A DNA stretch of 64,000 bases. It comes from Girardia tigrina. Lineage: Eukaryota. Of the stretch, positions 27,160-40,187 are shown in pieces. Position 1 is the stretch's first letter, and each line of letters opens with the position of its first letter. The notes under the pieces are model-generated. The model made no database searches, was not told where the DNA came from, and saw nothing but the letters and a program-made list of their open reading frames with translations. The stretch is from contig MQRK01222231.1 of NCBI GenBank assembly GCA_001938485.1, positions 1 to 64,000 of the forward strand. The letters run 5' to 3'. A program made the position numbers and the translations under genes.

Positions 27160-28900
27160 ACATCAATATGACTTTTAACATTTTTATTATTACAACAAGT
27201 TTGATTGTGCTCAGGACAATCTTTGGTAAAGCGTTCCTAATTTTGCATCAGTCTATTAATTAATGATTTTAATCTTATTATCTAAGCAAATGGATAAATA
27301 AATAATTTGTTAAAATATTTACTCAAAACTTATTGGATAAAAATTAAAATTATTATTAATTAATAATTATAATTATTTGAAAAATATTAATTTAATCTAT
27401 TTATTGTAAAATTCTAAATAAAATTAAAAGACTTATTTTAAATTTTACAATTATTTTAAATTAGAAATAAATCTAAACATTACACATTTTCAGATAATAA
27501 GAATTAAAATTTTGATAGCCATCTGGGAAGAAGAGACACAATTCCAAATCCACATACAACATTCAAACAAAAAATATCATACATTCAAAATATTTTCACA
27601 TCCCCCTCGATTTAAATGGCTTTCAACATTTCTAATAAAAGTTCTTTCATCTTTAAGCTGTAACTCGTAGCTTCTGTCATGATTTCTTTTCACCACTGTT
27701 GCGGGACCCATGTAACGGTCATCTTCTTTTGAGATATTTTCCTTCTTAATCAATACTCGGTCTCCAACTTCAAAAATTCTTCTTGACTCTACTTCTTGTT
27801 CAAAATCTTTCAAATTTTCGTTATCTTCGTGATTGTTTTTCCATAAATGTCTCAATTTTCTTCCAAATACTATCTCGGCCGGTGACATACCTGTCGTAGC
27901 TTATACAGTACTATTTAACACAAACTCGATTTCTGATAAAACTTCTGTCCAATCTTTATGATCTGCATCCTTCATTCTAATATTCAAAACATCTCTGATC
28001 GTGCGAAATTGCCTTTCCACGATTCCATTCGTATTATGATGATATTGACTCGAATAGGATATCTCGACTTTGAACTTTTTCGCCATGTCCTTGAACAAAG
28101 CTGATTCAAGTGTTTTTCCTCTATCTACATGTATTTCAATTTCTGGTCCAAATTTCCATATCCATCTACCCAACAACAATTTTCCAACTATTTTTTCATC
28201 TTGACTAGTCACTGCATTCAGGCTTATATATCTACTGAACTGGTCAATTGTTACCTGTATATATTGACATCCATTTATATTTCTTTTGAATGTTTCACAA
28301 AAATCAATATATATTTTAAAGAAATGTTCATCCGCTAATTGCTTTATATGCTTTTTTTGTTTTGGTTGATAATTATTTATCAATTATTTTCTTAAATTAT
28401 TTATCACTCCGAAATTGACTCTGTTCTATCGCACTGCGCTTGGATCTATTGACAAGCAGTGGTTACATTTCTTATCTACCTTTTCCACCAACTCCTTGTC
28501 AACAGTTCTGTAAATCTTGCGGACTGAAAAAAAACTATTCTATCTATACCACAAAGGTAAGTATTGTGAATTGCTTTTACATCGTCAAAATTTTGTGTCA
28601 TTTTTGCTTTTTCTGTCAGCAAACATATTTGAAACTCCAATTATTTTCAAAGAACTTCGGTCAAATTATCAGATTTATTCACCAATGAAATCGTCACAGC
28701 CACGTCACATTTACTGACCAGTTCCTCCAACAAGAACTGCTGCTTCAAAATCGCTTCTGACAGTCGATGTACCTGAACTCGTTAGTCTTCTTCTATAACC
28801 GATCTCATCCCTGAAAAAATAGTGCCGTAGTTGCACATTATTTCGACCTCTTTTAGTCCCCATTTCAGCGCTTTGTTAACTAGGTTTATGAATTATTTTC
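27160..28900 (-). mobile_element. 3' part of a Gypsy element: RNase H/integrase, PPT and 3' LTR
   Basis: Integrase motifs IDQFSRY, HVDRG and NGIVERQFRT; PPT aatcgaggggga directly before LTR start TGTGAAAATATTTTG at 27600. Confidence 0.8.
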
Positions 28901-29064
28901 AACCGATGCTCCTCTATTATATGTTGATGAAGGTTTACCTAAAAAGCATAATATAAACTATTATTTGCATATATTTGATATTCATTTTGATATAGGTACT
29001 ACTATGTATTCAAATGTATTGATAATATCATAGTCATGTAATACAATAAATTTTCAATCTAACA

Positions 29065-29760
29065 ATTACTCAAACCTTGCTCCTGCTCTTGCTTGTTGCA
29101 TAGGAAGAATCGGAGAGGCAATTTATATTTATTTTTGCATGATAAATAAATTTCCTCAATTACTTAGATTACACGCTCTTTGCATTGATTTATTCTGGGT
29201 ATTTGTAGTATGGATGGCTCTGGTTTCCAGTTGTTTTTCTAAAAGCTTAAAGCCTTTTTGCATGGATTCTGTACTTCAACCAAGTTATTAAAGTTGTTTT
29301 TGTTGTGCAGTTGATCTGAAAACCAATGGTCTATCCAGACTTACGATATAAATTGACATACTCTCTACAGAATTGTTAAGGGATTAAAATGAAGGCCAGG
29401 ATTGCTAGTATAACTCTGGAATTCCGCCTGGCATTGCTGATGTTAGGTATTTTCTGAAACCTGATCAATGAAAAATATCTCTTTTACACAAAAAATAGGA
29501 ACATCCGAGTGAGATGAAACAAAAATTTCATATCATCTCTCCAGCCCGATGTTTCAAGAATTTCTTTTGTTCCGTTATCAAACTCAGTTTGCAAGAAATA
29601 AGATACAAATGGATATTCAATGTTTGACGATTGTGTTTTACTTCCAATTTCTTCATTCATCCCCAAAATGAGGGTTATAGTGTCTTATAAATAATAATTC
29701 ACAGAGCTGTCTCTCAATATCTGAATTATAATATCACACATTTTCCTCATCAAAGTTACT
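29065..29760 (-). mobile_element. Degenerate DDE DNA-transposase C-terminal remnant (superfamily uncertain, Sola-like)
   Basis: NARRNSRVILAILAFILIP and IPRINQCKERVI*VIEE motifs in different frames. Confidence 0.4.
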
Positions 29761-31866
29761 AATATTTCGTTAAATAAAGTTTCTGACGGAAAAGCTACTT
29801 TCTATCAATGCACTTGTTGGCTTCACTTTCTGTTAGTGTTTGTTCTAAAAAAACATTTTTATTCTGTAACAAAACCAATAAAACTAAAGAAAATTAAGTT
29901 AACATTACAAGTAAAATTATATATAAAAACACAAAATACTTTCGTTCTCACATGTCTGACTTAAAATATTTCAATAAAAATATCTTTATAAACACACAAA
30001 TTAATCACATTAAAAACTGCATTTGATTAGTTCATAGTTGTGAATAATTATACGTATAAAAAGTGCTTTTCATATTACCACGTTTTTTTCGCTTTTGTTT
30101 CTTTATTTTTGCACTGCTTAAAATTTTTATAATCAATTTTTTCCACTATATTGTCCTTAAAATTTCAGTTTTCTAATTTAAAATATTTAATCACTCTATT
30201 TTCACTAAACAAACACAAAATACACAAATTTTTACGAAATATTTAAATAATTTAGATATCAAATGTTTACATAAACTATTAAAATCCCTTTACTTTCAAC
30301 AACGCCATTTATCGATGTCCTTCTTCAATTCCTATATATTTAAATTGACCGGTATTAGCGTTAACTAGAATTAATAAAATAAAAATGATGAATTAAAATT
30401 AATTTATATCGTAAGATTTGAGGTTAGATAAATTTTAAGATTTAATTTATCTGATTTGAGCTATTAATAATTATTAACAACAACGGAGATTCAAATTTGA
30501 TCAAAACAAAGATTCAAATCATTTTATTATACAAAATTTACCCATATAAATTGTCTCCATACAAACTGTTTTTTGCCAAAAAGACAACTTAGACATGTCC
30601 GATCAGCATGAAATATTTTTTTCATGCTTTGTCTTCGGGTTTTGTTCTACTCTGAAAATTTCAGCCCGATAGCTAGTCGGGTCAAATTTGAGTTAAAAGA
30701 TTTTTCTCGGACAGAATTACAGAAAATATTTATTTTGGTTTCTTTTATTTAGATGCAATTTAATTCCGACAAATTATATTTTTTTTATTTAATTTTTAAA
30801 AATATAGATCGATATATTATTAAGTTTTAGAAATATTTGAGTAACTTACTCCCCAAGACATCAATAATTTTCAACTATTTACTGGTTCGCTTGCTCTGAG
30901 ATATGTTCTTTAATTTATGAGATTAATACACGTTAAGCATTTCGATGTAGCGTAACATTTCCCAAATCGCCCCCTCCAACCTCGTCATACTTCGTCACAA
31001 AATTCAGCAAATTAAATAGCATATAGGTTTCCCCAATATTGGTTACTTATCTTGTTTGCCAAGTAAATGCTAGTCCCACAAACAGGCTCTTTTTTTGTTT
31101 TTTATTTTTTCTTGACTTTATTTCATTTATTTATTATCCTAAAACAAAATTCATTACAGTAAATACAAAGACATTACAAACAAATCAAATTTTATTTCAA
31201 AACACCAAAAAAACAGTATTTAAAGTAACAAGTAAGTATTAAATATCTTTAAAATAATAAAAAATGGTCATAATTAAAAAATGGACAAAATGAAATGTTA
31301 TGGTGATGAAATACTATAATGATGAATTGATATAATGTTGAAATGTGCAATGATGAAATTTCTCGAATGAAGAGGTGTCTGGTCACCCTCACAATGAAAT
31401 GCATGCAGACAAAAGCCTTTTGCATACAAACTTGCATGTAATTTTTCGATTTTGACCGGCGTTTAACGATATCACATAAAATCCGGTAGGTGTACACACA
31501 TAAAATTGAAATACTGTAAATATCTCTCTCTTACACACACTCACACCTTATCGCTCGTGCTTCAGCAACCAGAATCTCTCTGTTAATATTACTCATGTGT
31601 GTCTGCTGCCGTGTTCGGCAGCAATATAATATTGTTTCAGGGACAACACATTAGTATTTGCCGATTAATCACCACAGCAGTATTAGCATGTCGTACATAC
31701 ACTCTTGCATGCTGTCAGGCTATACTTAAATGACAGCGACTGTATTATTAAATGCTTTAAAAACATATTGATGTTGCTTGTTTTTAGAATAGAAAGTTGT
31801 AGTAATATAATATCGTTTTTATAAAGTTGATCTTGAATGAAAATTTTTATATTCGTTTCATAAAGA

Positions 31867-32450
31867 AGTAGCGGGGAAAATGGGGGTTCTCCCCCCGGGG
31901 GAGAAGGTAGCCCGTTGTCATGGCAACGGTTAGCATAGCAACGGTTCCGGCTCACTTGGAAACGCTTCTGATTGGTTTTTGGTACCCTAGCAACGGTTCC
32001 GATCACCCTAGCCTAGGCAGTAACGATCGCGATCACCCTAGTAACGGTCCCGGTTCACTTGGTAACGGTAACCAAGGGACGTTTTCATTAGCAACGGATG
32101 CAGTGATTCAAAGCGGTTGTAACTATAGTAACGGTTACCGTATCCATGGCAACAGTTACCCTTTCCATTGCAACCATAGAAAAAAGTGCTAATCGATCAC
32201 TGTACTGTGCCCAGATGTGCTAATCGATATTTTTAAAGTGATAATTGATAGTGAAAATTTGGCGCACATTTCTAATGTACTAGCACAGTGCTTTTCAAGC
32301 TGCACCTGTGCAAAAGTGAAAAATCAATACATAAAATTTTTTAAAAGTGCTAGTGTCAAAAATCGATATTATGTGTTTGATGCACATTTTGATTCTCTAA
32401 CTAAATGGGCAATTAGAATTTTCATATATTGATTAGTTTTCCCTATATTT
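31867..32450 (+). repeat. Left Polinton TIR
   Basis: Reverse complement of 39470-40009; rich in gcaacgg/gtaacgg subrepeats. Confidence 0.85.
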
Positions 32451-32566
32451 AACATAATTGTCAAATTTACATTTACCTACATGGTGAAAGTTCATTACAT
32501 TCAATTTTTATATATATTTAAAGTGATACATTAAAAGAAACAATAAATTCTAAATTTAATAAACAT

Positions 32567-33094
32567 TTATTTCATTGAAATATAATTTTGAGACAACGCT
32601 AAACACCTTTTATAAGCACAGTGTGAACCATGTTCACGATATATACAAGTAATGTTTTTTGGTATCGTTTTTAGTTTGTCATATTTATATGTGCATATTC
32701 TCAGATCAGGAAATAAGGACTATCAACTTTTCTTTTCGTCCATCATCATTATCCTTGACATAGAACAATGCTTCAGCTAAATTACATCGTGATCGAATGT
32801 CTCGCATTGAAAAATCCTGACAAAACTTGATCTTGTGTTCTTCCAACGTCTTTTTATGATGATATAATGTTAAATAAGCATTTGTTCTTTGTGCTTTGTT
32901 TGAACAGCAATGCATTTTAGGTCTAGAAATTGCACCCACATATTATATTACATTTGCAACACTAATTTAACTTACTGAAATACATAATGTAATGGATTAA
33001 ACATATTGTCAACATACATTATACACAACTCTTTAATCATGTACTCATCATTATTATCCACAAATCTCTCAAAATAAATAAAGAAGATAGACAT
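32567..33094 (-). pseudogene. Polinton accessory exonuclease-like small protein, disrupted
   Basis: MSIFFIYFERF...IKELCI, RTNAYLTLYHH and C-terminal C..EH..HCA motifs; stops and frameshifts. Confidence 0.4.
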
Positions 33095-33338
33095 TTTTCA
33101 ACAATAAAAATTCATTAACGTGGCAACTTTGTTTATAACTATAAAAGAATAAAGTCTTAGATTGTGGAATTAATCCTTTATTCCTTTATATTATAAAAAT
33201 AATCCTAACCAGATTAATCCCAAATATGTAATTATTGGATGAATCTGTTTAAGATGGTTTTTAAAAAAAATAAACCAATACAACGAATATAAACAAATAA
33301 ATGTGAATCTTTATTTTTTTAACAATTAACCTTTAAAT

Positions 33339-34226
33339 CAGTGTTCTGGCCTTCCAATGAGAATGCTTGTTGTTTACCAGCTTAATGTCACGTGTGTTGT
33401 ATGATTCACGATTCTAGAAAACTATGTATAATGGTGTTTATATGCGTCGGGTTTTACTCATTATTGTCTTCCCAATGTCTTATGTGAATTTTATTTTTGA
33501 TGAATGTGTTCAGTCGGTGATTGACGATAGAACGACATAACAGCCGTCCTACTCGCATACAAAACACAAAAATGGCTATTTTTGGCGTTATGTAATTATG
33601 CAATGCCCCCTTAGTAATAAATATGGATATAATTGACAATACAAGTCATAAATTTCAAAGAAAATTCACTGATTTTGATACATATCAAGTTAAAATAACC
33701 ACCGAGTTACTAGAAGAATTGCAAAATTGTCAAAATCTCGATGAGATCACTTTAGATATCAAAAATCTTCCAATAGGAATAATCATCACGCATCAAGTTT
33801 TATATCTTCAATTTTCACTGCTTTGAAATTACAGGAATGTTCCATCTATCGAGTCTAAGAGAAGCTGTTAAATCTTTCTTTTCATTTACTTTATCTTTGA
33901 GAGGAGTCTCTCTTGTCTTTTCGAGTTTTACTGTTGGTGGAATAAAGTTCTTATTGATACTAAAGTTAGGAACGCATTTTTTTGCTTGATATTAATTGTG
34001 TTTTGTATGCGAGTAGGACGGCTGTTATGTCGTTCTATCGTCAATCACCGACTGAACACATTCATCAAAAATAAAATTCACATAAGACATTGGGAAGACA
34101 ATAATGAGTAAAACCCGACGCATACAAACACCATTATACATAGTTTTCTAGAATCGTGAATCATACAACACACGTGACATTAAGCTGGTAAACAACAAGC
34201 ATTCTCATTGGAAGGCCAGAACACTG
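33339..34226. repeat. 231-bp internal inverted repeat (33339-33569 / 33996-34226)
   Basis: Arms are reverse complements with one mismatch seen. Confidence 0.9.
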
Positions 34227-34828
34227 TTTGTGGTATTTTAATTTGTATGAAGGCGTTGCTGTAAAATTAAATGTATGAGATTGTTATATTGTTTGTTTTG
34301 ACTAAGTGAGTGGTTGTTTGGTTATTTGTGAAGTGGAGTTCTTTACTTGTTCTGACACCAATGTAAAATAGCTAACTGAAAACGTGTTTCAGTGAACTCT
34401 TTTAATGTAACAAAAAAATAAAGATAAATATATATAGAAATTTTATTTTTATACAATATAAATAAACATATAACAAAAAAATCACATACGAGAGAATGGC
34501 ACGGATAAATTTCGGTTTTGATTAGTGTTTATTGTTCTAAGGTTTCAAAGGAACAATCTTCTGTTGTAACAATGTCGGTGGAAACGTCAGATAATCATTT
34601 GGTTGCACAACGAGATTTTGAGGAAACAGATTATGTGGAAAGACGCACTTTCAGGGGAAATAATAATCCATCAACGACAGAACGATTCTTCGGTAAAGTG
34701 AATATCGACACTGGACGCTCGTTCTATCGCAATTACTGATTTCGTGAATTTCCGATCGGTTTATGAGAAATCCGTACAGAAAATTCCGGATAATATTAAT
34801 ACAGATAATTAATATTAATATTGATTTA

Positions 34829-34830
34829 TT

Positions 34831-34884
<54 letters not shown>

Positions 34885-34947
34885 NNNNNNNNNNNNNNNN
34901 NNNNNNNNNNNNNNNNNNNNNNNNNNNNNNNNNNTATATATATATAT

Positions 34948-34980
<33 letters not shown>
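34829..34980. repeat. (TA)n microsatellite containing a 50-N assembly gap (34885-34934)
   Basis: Direct reading of the sequence. Confidence 0.95.
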
Positions 34981-34987
<7 letters not shown>

Positions 34988-35019
34988 TATATAATATAAA
35001 TATATATGTCTCTGGGTCA

Positions 35020-35360
35020 CTATAATAACAATTGGCGTTTAAGCCAGTCTGTACAATAATTTCCACAAAGAAATGTTAGTGGATTTTGATACATTACATA
35101 ATTATATATGTCAGGTTGTTGCAATCGTTCCAATTTTGTTACCAATGTTGATGGGTAATACATCCCAAGTGGATCGAATACTCGAATAAGGTCTGAAGTC
35201 ACATGTTCTGCAATCCAGTGTTCTCCTGGTAAATCAGGAGTCTGAGTATTAATTACATATCCTCCATCGAGTAGATAATCTGGAACTTTATCCAACGAAT
35301 ATACTCCACGGAATTGAGGATATCCTTTCAGTACTTTTTCAATCTGATATGTACTTTATA
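35020..35360 (-). CDS. Polinton adenain-type (C5) cysteine maturation protease
   Basis: INTQTPDLPGEHW, VFDPLG and YQNPLTFLCGNYC give the catalytic H/D/Q/C pattern; true start uncertain. Confidence 0.85.
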
Positions 35361-35442
35361 TGTAAATATAAAAGGTTTTGGTACAACTTACTTCATTTAT
35401 TATTTCTGTTCGTAATTGCTGTTTACAGTTCTAAGACTGTGT

Positions 35443-36686
35443 TTATACAATAACTGTACCATCTTTTCGTATTTGTATCTCACTATCAAATACTCCATAT
35501 ACATAAAATATAATTGCTTTATCTAATGCCTTATGGAATCTTAAATCCAATTTTAAATTGCCTGTTCCTGGCATTTTTATTTGATCAACATCAAAATTAT
35601 GTGCCAAAACAAATGTAAAGTAGGGGTGTTTTGTTTTGAAATCATCCATAGTGATTCCATTATTCATATTTTTATTCACGAGTACCATGCTTAATATTAT
35701 AGACTTGTAGTAAATAAATCAGTAAAATCATTCTTTTCAAAGTTAATTTTATATGAATCTCTGTAATCATTTTCTCGAGATAGGGTAAGAGAACTAATAT
35801 TACAGTTGTCAAATGCTGAGCAACAGGATGCGTAATCTCCGCAAACTTTGTTACTATCTTTAAATGTTACCAATACAAATTTTGTTAAACGTTCATCACT
35901 AAACAGGTTTTCCTTGTATTCACCATGTGATCCTTTAGGAATTGAAAACTGAACAATTTTTGCTTTTCGAATGGGATATATATCACTTTGATTATCAAGA
36001 CCCATAATATGAACCAATCTTACTGATTCTGTTGTACGAACACGTCGTATTAATAACTTTGCACTCTCAATATATATTTGAGGCTTAATCTCTGTTTCAG
36101 TACCAGTCTTTTCATATTGAAAGATAACTTTACTTTCATTTCGATGAATCTTGATTGTTATATTGACATTTGGTATGAGATATTTTGGCTACTCAAAAAA
36201 TTCCAGATTTAACGGTTCGCATAATGTCATCAAGGCTGATTTCCGCATCCATTTGACTCTTTCAGTTGCCTCACCATACCCCATGGACTTGAAAAACGTA
36301 TTCTTTGTATCTGAAACTAAATTTAATGTAGTCTCAATGATAGCCTTTGGATAATAACTATCATTAGTGTCTTCAATCTTAGTATTATTGAGAAAGAAGG
36401 TCATATCTTTAAATAAGCAATGAAAGAGGTAATTATTCGGTATAAATTTTGTAATGTCGATAGTAATGTCTTTTCCTGATTCATCAACTTCTTTTATTTT
36501 AATGGTAAACATTATATCTTTCATATCAATGTATTCATCTTCACTACCGATAATATCAATCTCTATATGAGATGTATTATACCCATTAATACTATGTTTG
36601 GGGTAAATATCTTCAAAAGCATATGAATCTATAACAACTTGTGGTGGAGCTGGACTAAATATGTCCAATTCCGATTTAGTACTCAT
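35443..36686 (-). pseudogene. Polinton major capsid protein (double jelly-roll), frameshifted
   Basis: N-terminal KSELDIFSPAPPQVVI and C-terminal GNLKLDLRFHKAL...VYGVFDSEIQI; split across ORFs 36189-36686, 35697-36017 and 35443-35688. Confidence 0.85.
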
Positions 36687-36970
36687 TCTGAGAATATAGT
36701 TTTCATACGTTTTGTTTCTTTGTTTATATCTAAACCTTTCCTTTTTCTTCCTCCACCACCTTGATCCATTACTGAAACGGTCTCACAAAGCGATAAGCAC
36801 CTCCTCGTCGGGAATCTCTTTAATAATGGTTTGTTGAGACTGTATGACAACTGATGTTTCAACCACTTGTCTGCCTCCATCTTGCTGGTCTTTGATGCCT
36901 TTGCCATTTTTAATACGCTTCCGAAACCAGCTGGGTCTTCGGGGTTGAAGCATATCTTTTCCATCAACAC
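36683..36970 (-). pseudogene. Polinton integrase N-terminal fragment fused by deletion to the C-terminus of the gene upstream of MCP
   Basis: NPEDPAGFGSV..ADKWLKHQLSYSLNKP..KRFPTR is a Maverick integrase N-terminus; no DDE core follows; ends GGGGRKRK..TIFSE. Confidence 0.7.
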
Positions 36971-37055
36971 AACAGTTGCACTTAATATTCAATGATAGAT
37001 TAGGAAATGAAGACCATAATGAACTTTTATATAATAATTCAATTACCGTTTATAT

Positions 37056-37556
37056 TTATTTTTTAATATTAGCATCATTTTCAATGACATCTAATGCCTT
37101 TTTCGTACCATATGATATAGATCCACTCACAACTTCTGGAACAATAAAACTGGCAAGCCATTGAAAGAATGGTATTAAAGCAGCCCATACGAAACCATCG
37201 CCGTCTGGATTTCTTTGCTGATATTTTTTCTTTTTCTTTATTTCATGTAATACTTTTGCACCAAAATAATTTGTATTTGATTTTGTAGGTGGTGTAGTAA
37301 ATCTTTGATTAAGAGTATGTAGTTTTGTTTTTAATGCCCTTGCCTTGAACATTTTTAGCAATGTATCTTGATACTTCTTCAAAGATCTTTTGTAGTTGCC
37401 AATTTTTACATTGCCAGTCATAATATTCATCAGAACCTCAAGGAAATCATTCTGTACAAATGCTGGGAACTTATATAATAGATCCCATCTATTTGTTCCG
37501 CTTTTTAATAATGTTTCAAAATATGGAATACTTCTAGTAATGTGCATCATCATCAA
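37056..37556 (-). CDS. Polinton hypothetical protein with basic tract and GxGF-amphipathic motif
   Basis: Open 166-aa ORF containing KKKKKYQQRNPDGDGFVWAALIPFFQWLASF. Confidence 0.5.
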   Translation of the reverse strand: MMMMHITRSIPYFETLLKSGTNRWDLLYKFPAFVQNDFLEVLMNIMTGNVKIGNYKRSLKKYQDTLLKMFKARALKTKLHTLNQRFTTPPTKSNTNYFGAKVLHEIKKKKKYQQRNPDGDGFVWAALIPFFQWLASFIVPEVVSGSISYGTKKALDVIENDANIKK

Positions 37557-37840
37557 ACAAATCTAACTGTCATATATACTGTTTATAGTAGTCTCCATGT
37601 CTGTGGTATTTTATCAAAGTATTTTCGTGCAGCCATTACTTTTGCTATAGTTCCATAGATAGACCTTTGATTATTTGGTTGCTCTAAAGAATATTTATTT
37701 GATTTCTTTACATTTAACTCCTTCGATGTCGTTTCAGAAACCCTTTTTGGTTTGATTTTTACATATACTTTGGTAAAATTTATAATTAATATATTCACAT
37801 CAACACCAGCGTAACATCATTCACACACATTCAACACAAC

Positions 37841-38089
37841 ATGATAACCTCAACTATTAATGATCACATAACCATCACATTACAGGGTTCATCTGGGGAA
37901 TCTCACTTACAAATTGCACCCATCTCACGAATCAACGACGTCATAACAATTTTATCACATACTCACGGTCGCCGACTCTGGTTATCTTGAAACACCAAAC
38001 TCATGCGTCCCCAGCTCACATGAATCGAGTACGGTATCCCCAACCAGGCACACATAACTGTCAATGACATTTTACCTGGGGGGGGGTGA
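37841..38089 (+). pseudogene. Ubiquitin-like domain ORF inside the Polinton (two in-frame TGA)
   Basis: MITSTINDHITITLQGSSGESHLQIAPISRINDVITIL...RLWLS*NTKLMRPQLT*IEYGIPNQAHITVNDILPGGG*. Confidence 0.5.
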
Positions 38090-39469
38090 ATGACACCCCG
38101 ACACAAGGGCAAGATATCAACGCTATTTCATTGCCACCCATACTGCCGCCATATTTTTTGGACAAAGGTGGAACACCACAGGGTTGGTTAAGAATTGAAA
38201 ATAAGAAAAAATTGAAACGTGCCCACCTCTAATTTTCCACACATTGTACATGTTTTAACATAAATTATTTATAACATCAATAACATGTAAAACTATTTAT
38301 TAACGTACAAATCTTGATAATAATATTACAAGTGAGCCTGTTAGAATGCTACTCACAAGTAAAACATTCCTCTGTTTATTTCTCAATTCAGTTTTAATGT
38401 CTTTAATGCATATGGTTCGCACAAGATGTTCTATGTAATCTTCTTTGGTCAAAGGTTGATAACGTCATATTTCATTAAGGAATTGTATGCAATCAATTTT
38501 ACCATTACATATTTCATTAGTAAGACATTTAATTTCTGCTTCTAAGTCAATTTTAACCTAAAGATTATTCTGTGTTTGTTTATAAAGTTAAAACTAATTT
38601 AGAACAAGATTTATTAACACAAAATACAATTTTTATCAACAACTTTTAATAATCCTCAAGTTTCCTAATATCATCTTCATTGTCTAAATTCAAAAATCGC
38701 CTAATATCTTCCTTTGTAAACACCTCATCAAGATAATTGCACACACAAGGACCTTTTTTGTTTGAATCGTCCTTTTGTTCAATTTCATTCTCTGAAATAG
38801 CTTAAAATCTATTTATTTGTTCTCTTTCATCCTCATTGTCTGAATTCAAGAGTGGTGTAACTTATTCACGTTTTGCTACCTCATCAAGATAATCGCATAC
38901 ACAAAGCCCTTCTTGAATTGAAGTGTATATTTGCTCACTTTCATCCTCATTTTCTTTAATAATCGTGTCTATTCGTGGTTCAACCACAAAAATTGTAGTA
39001 TTGTCCATAGTTTAAAGGACTGTATATCACGATTTTGTTTATATTATTGTTGTTAACATATTGTAAATACTATAAAAATAAAAACAAGGTGTACAATTTG
39101 GAAGTTATGAGGTTACGGTAACCAAGGTTCTTTTGATGGTTGATGCCTAGGCTGGGGAGCATTAAGCGATTCATTAGGTATTGTTTGATGATAAACAACA
39201 TACTTATATCACAGGGGTTTCATATATATACGAAAAAAAGGCACTAGGCACCGATTTTTTAGCACTTTTTTGAGAATTTCAGAAATGTTCGAAACAATTG
39301 ATTTATCAGCCCTTTTTCGAAAATTTTGATGTGGAATCTGAAGGTACGTGTATGGGTTTCTTCCTAGGGTTTCAAGTGCATCAGTACTTTTTTGATATTC
39401 TGCTTCCTTGTACTTCTGCCTAGGCCTAAAATCGATGGGTATTTTGTGTAAATTTACACATTATTTGAA

Positions 39470-40009
39470 TTATATGGAAAAGTGATCAATATATGAAATT
39501 TCTACTAGTAATTGCATATTAAGACAGAGAATAAATATGTGCATCAAACACATGATATCGATTTTTGACACTAGTACTTTTAAAAAATTTATTGTTTTGA
39601 TTTTTGCACTTTTGAAAATGTGCAGCTTGAAAACCACTGTGCTGCAAAATGTGCACTATCGATTATCACTTTAAAAATATCGATGAGCACATCTGAGCAC
39701 TGTGCAGCGATCGATTAGCACGTTTTTCTACGGTTGCTATAGAAATGGTTACTGTGGCCATGGATACGGTAACCGTTACCATGGTTACAACCGCCTTGAA
39801 TCACTGCATCCGTTGCTAATGAAAAACTTCCCTTGGTTACCGTTGTTATGGTAGCTAAGACCTTGGTTACCATTACCAAGTGAACCGGAACCGTTACTAG
39901 GGTGATCACGACCGTTGCTACCTAGGCTAGGATGATCGGAACGGTTGCCATGGCAACGGGCTATCCCACCCCCTCCGGGGGGTGGAGTAAATTCGCATTT
40001 CCCCCTACT
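39470..40009 (-). repeat. Right Polinton TIR
   Basis: Reverse complement of the left TIR. Confidence 0.85.
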
Positions 40010-40187
40010 TAAAGACCTTGAAATCTGAATTTTATTAATAAGGTTATTAGGGATTTTTATTTCTTTATCAATGAAAATAAATTGATTTCTTCAATACTTA
40101 TTTAACCATGCTTGTAGCAATACATGTTTATAATAACCACACTTTTGACTTTTATATTTTTTATTCTTAATTTTAGTTTTATTGCAG

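Larger units (their letters stand above)
31867..40009 (-). mobile_element. Polinton/Maverick (adintovirus-like) internally deleted element
   Basis: AGTAG...CTACT termini; ~550-bp TIRs; perfect 6-bp TSD TAAAGA (31861-66 and 40010-15); capsid, adenain protease and integrase remnants inside. Confidence 0.92.

Noticed and set aside
31900-32200. CRISPR-like or satellite-like short repeats (gcaacgg/gtaacgg) and ORFs 31920-32192 and 39715-39909
   Set aside because: No constant repeat-spacer period; these are subterminal repeats of the Polinton TIRs.
33623-33826. Polinton minor capsid (penton) fragment
   Set aside because: Only a vague beta-rich resemblance; the frame appears to start at 33572 as a small independent ORF.
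34763-35066. ORFs with poly-(YI) tracts (also the end of 17091-17402)
   Set aside because: These are translations of (TA)n microsatellites and an N gap.
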